Under the pieces are notes generated by a model. That model did no database searches. It saw only the letters and a program-made list of their open reading frames with translations, and had not been told where the DNA came from. Shown here one piece after another: positions 63,556 to 64,000 of a DNA stretch of 64,000 bases (the stretch's first letter is position 1; each line of letters starts with the position of its first letter). The translations under genes were made by a program, and so were the position numbers. The stretch covers positions 199,373,774-199,437,773 of the forward strand of contig NC_068981.1 in assembly GCF_001194135.2 (NCBI RefSeq), given 5' to 3'. This DNA comes from Octopus bimaculoides. Taxonomy: Eukaryota.

Positions 63556-64000
63556 TTACTTTTAATCAATTGTGTCAACCTTTAACATTTACAATCCATT
63601 TAGACAAATCAGTATTGGGAAAAATACATTTCAGCATTCCTTTTATCTCTTTTCATTTTGAGTTCGAATCCCTCCAAGGTTCATTTGAATGTTATAAAAT
63701 ACAGTGAAGTTGATGGCATTCTTCACTTGTATCAAAATTGGAAAGAATATTTTGAATAAAATTTCACAGCAAATATAGTGTTTCAGTAAATGATTTTGTC
63801 AATAGTTCACTGTATAACATATTTCTGACTCTCAAAATGATTAACTAAATATAGAGTTTGATTTAAAGAACAAAATGCATTGATATCAATTTTGCCATTA
63901 AATGTATGAATTAAGGAAATCGGTCAGCTATTTAGTATTAGAATAAAAAATTAAATTTATCAATGATGTCATCGTATACATAAAGGTCCTTTTGGTCTTC

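Overview
AT-rich, microsatellite-dense eukaryotic DNA with 8 N-gaps. The repeat families suggest an octopus/coleoid cephalopod genome; this is inference from the repeats, not from a marker gene. I found no intact protein-coding gene, true tRNA/rRNA gene or CRISPR array. Most ORF-track entries are microsatellite or N-gap artefacts. What can be supported is a set of mostly decayed mobile elements. (1) An RTE-like LINE family whose (GAT)n-tailed 3' end occurs about 17 times, with a PHD-like finger in ORF2. (2) BovB-type RTE fragments. (3) R4/Dong-like RLE retrotransposons sitting in or beside (TAA)n arrays. (4) At least five Penelope-like (GIY-YIG) relics, four clustered at 21.7-29.9 kb on the + strand. 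(5) Three tRNA-derived SINE families. (6) Four mariner and two DD37D (maT-like) transposon relics, plus Chapaev3-like and piggyBac-like fragments. (7) A probable solo LTR. The most interesting structure has two parts. First, minimal hammerhead-ribozyme-like motifs with palindromic loop III follow the Penelope relics (one nearly intact at 23362-23443). Second, there are five long fold-back hairpins with 35-85 bp arms, and two of them break at nearly the same spot in the LINE 3' UTR. A few candidate host exons exist but could not be assigned. TE boundaries are approximate unless termini are quoted.
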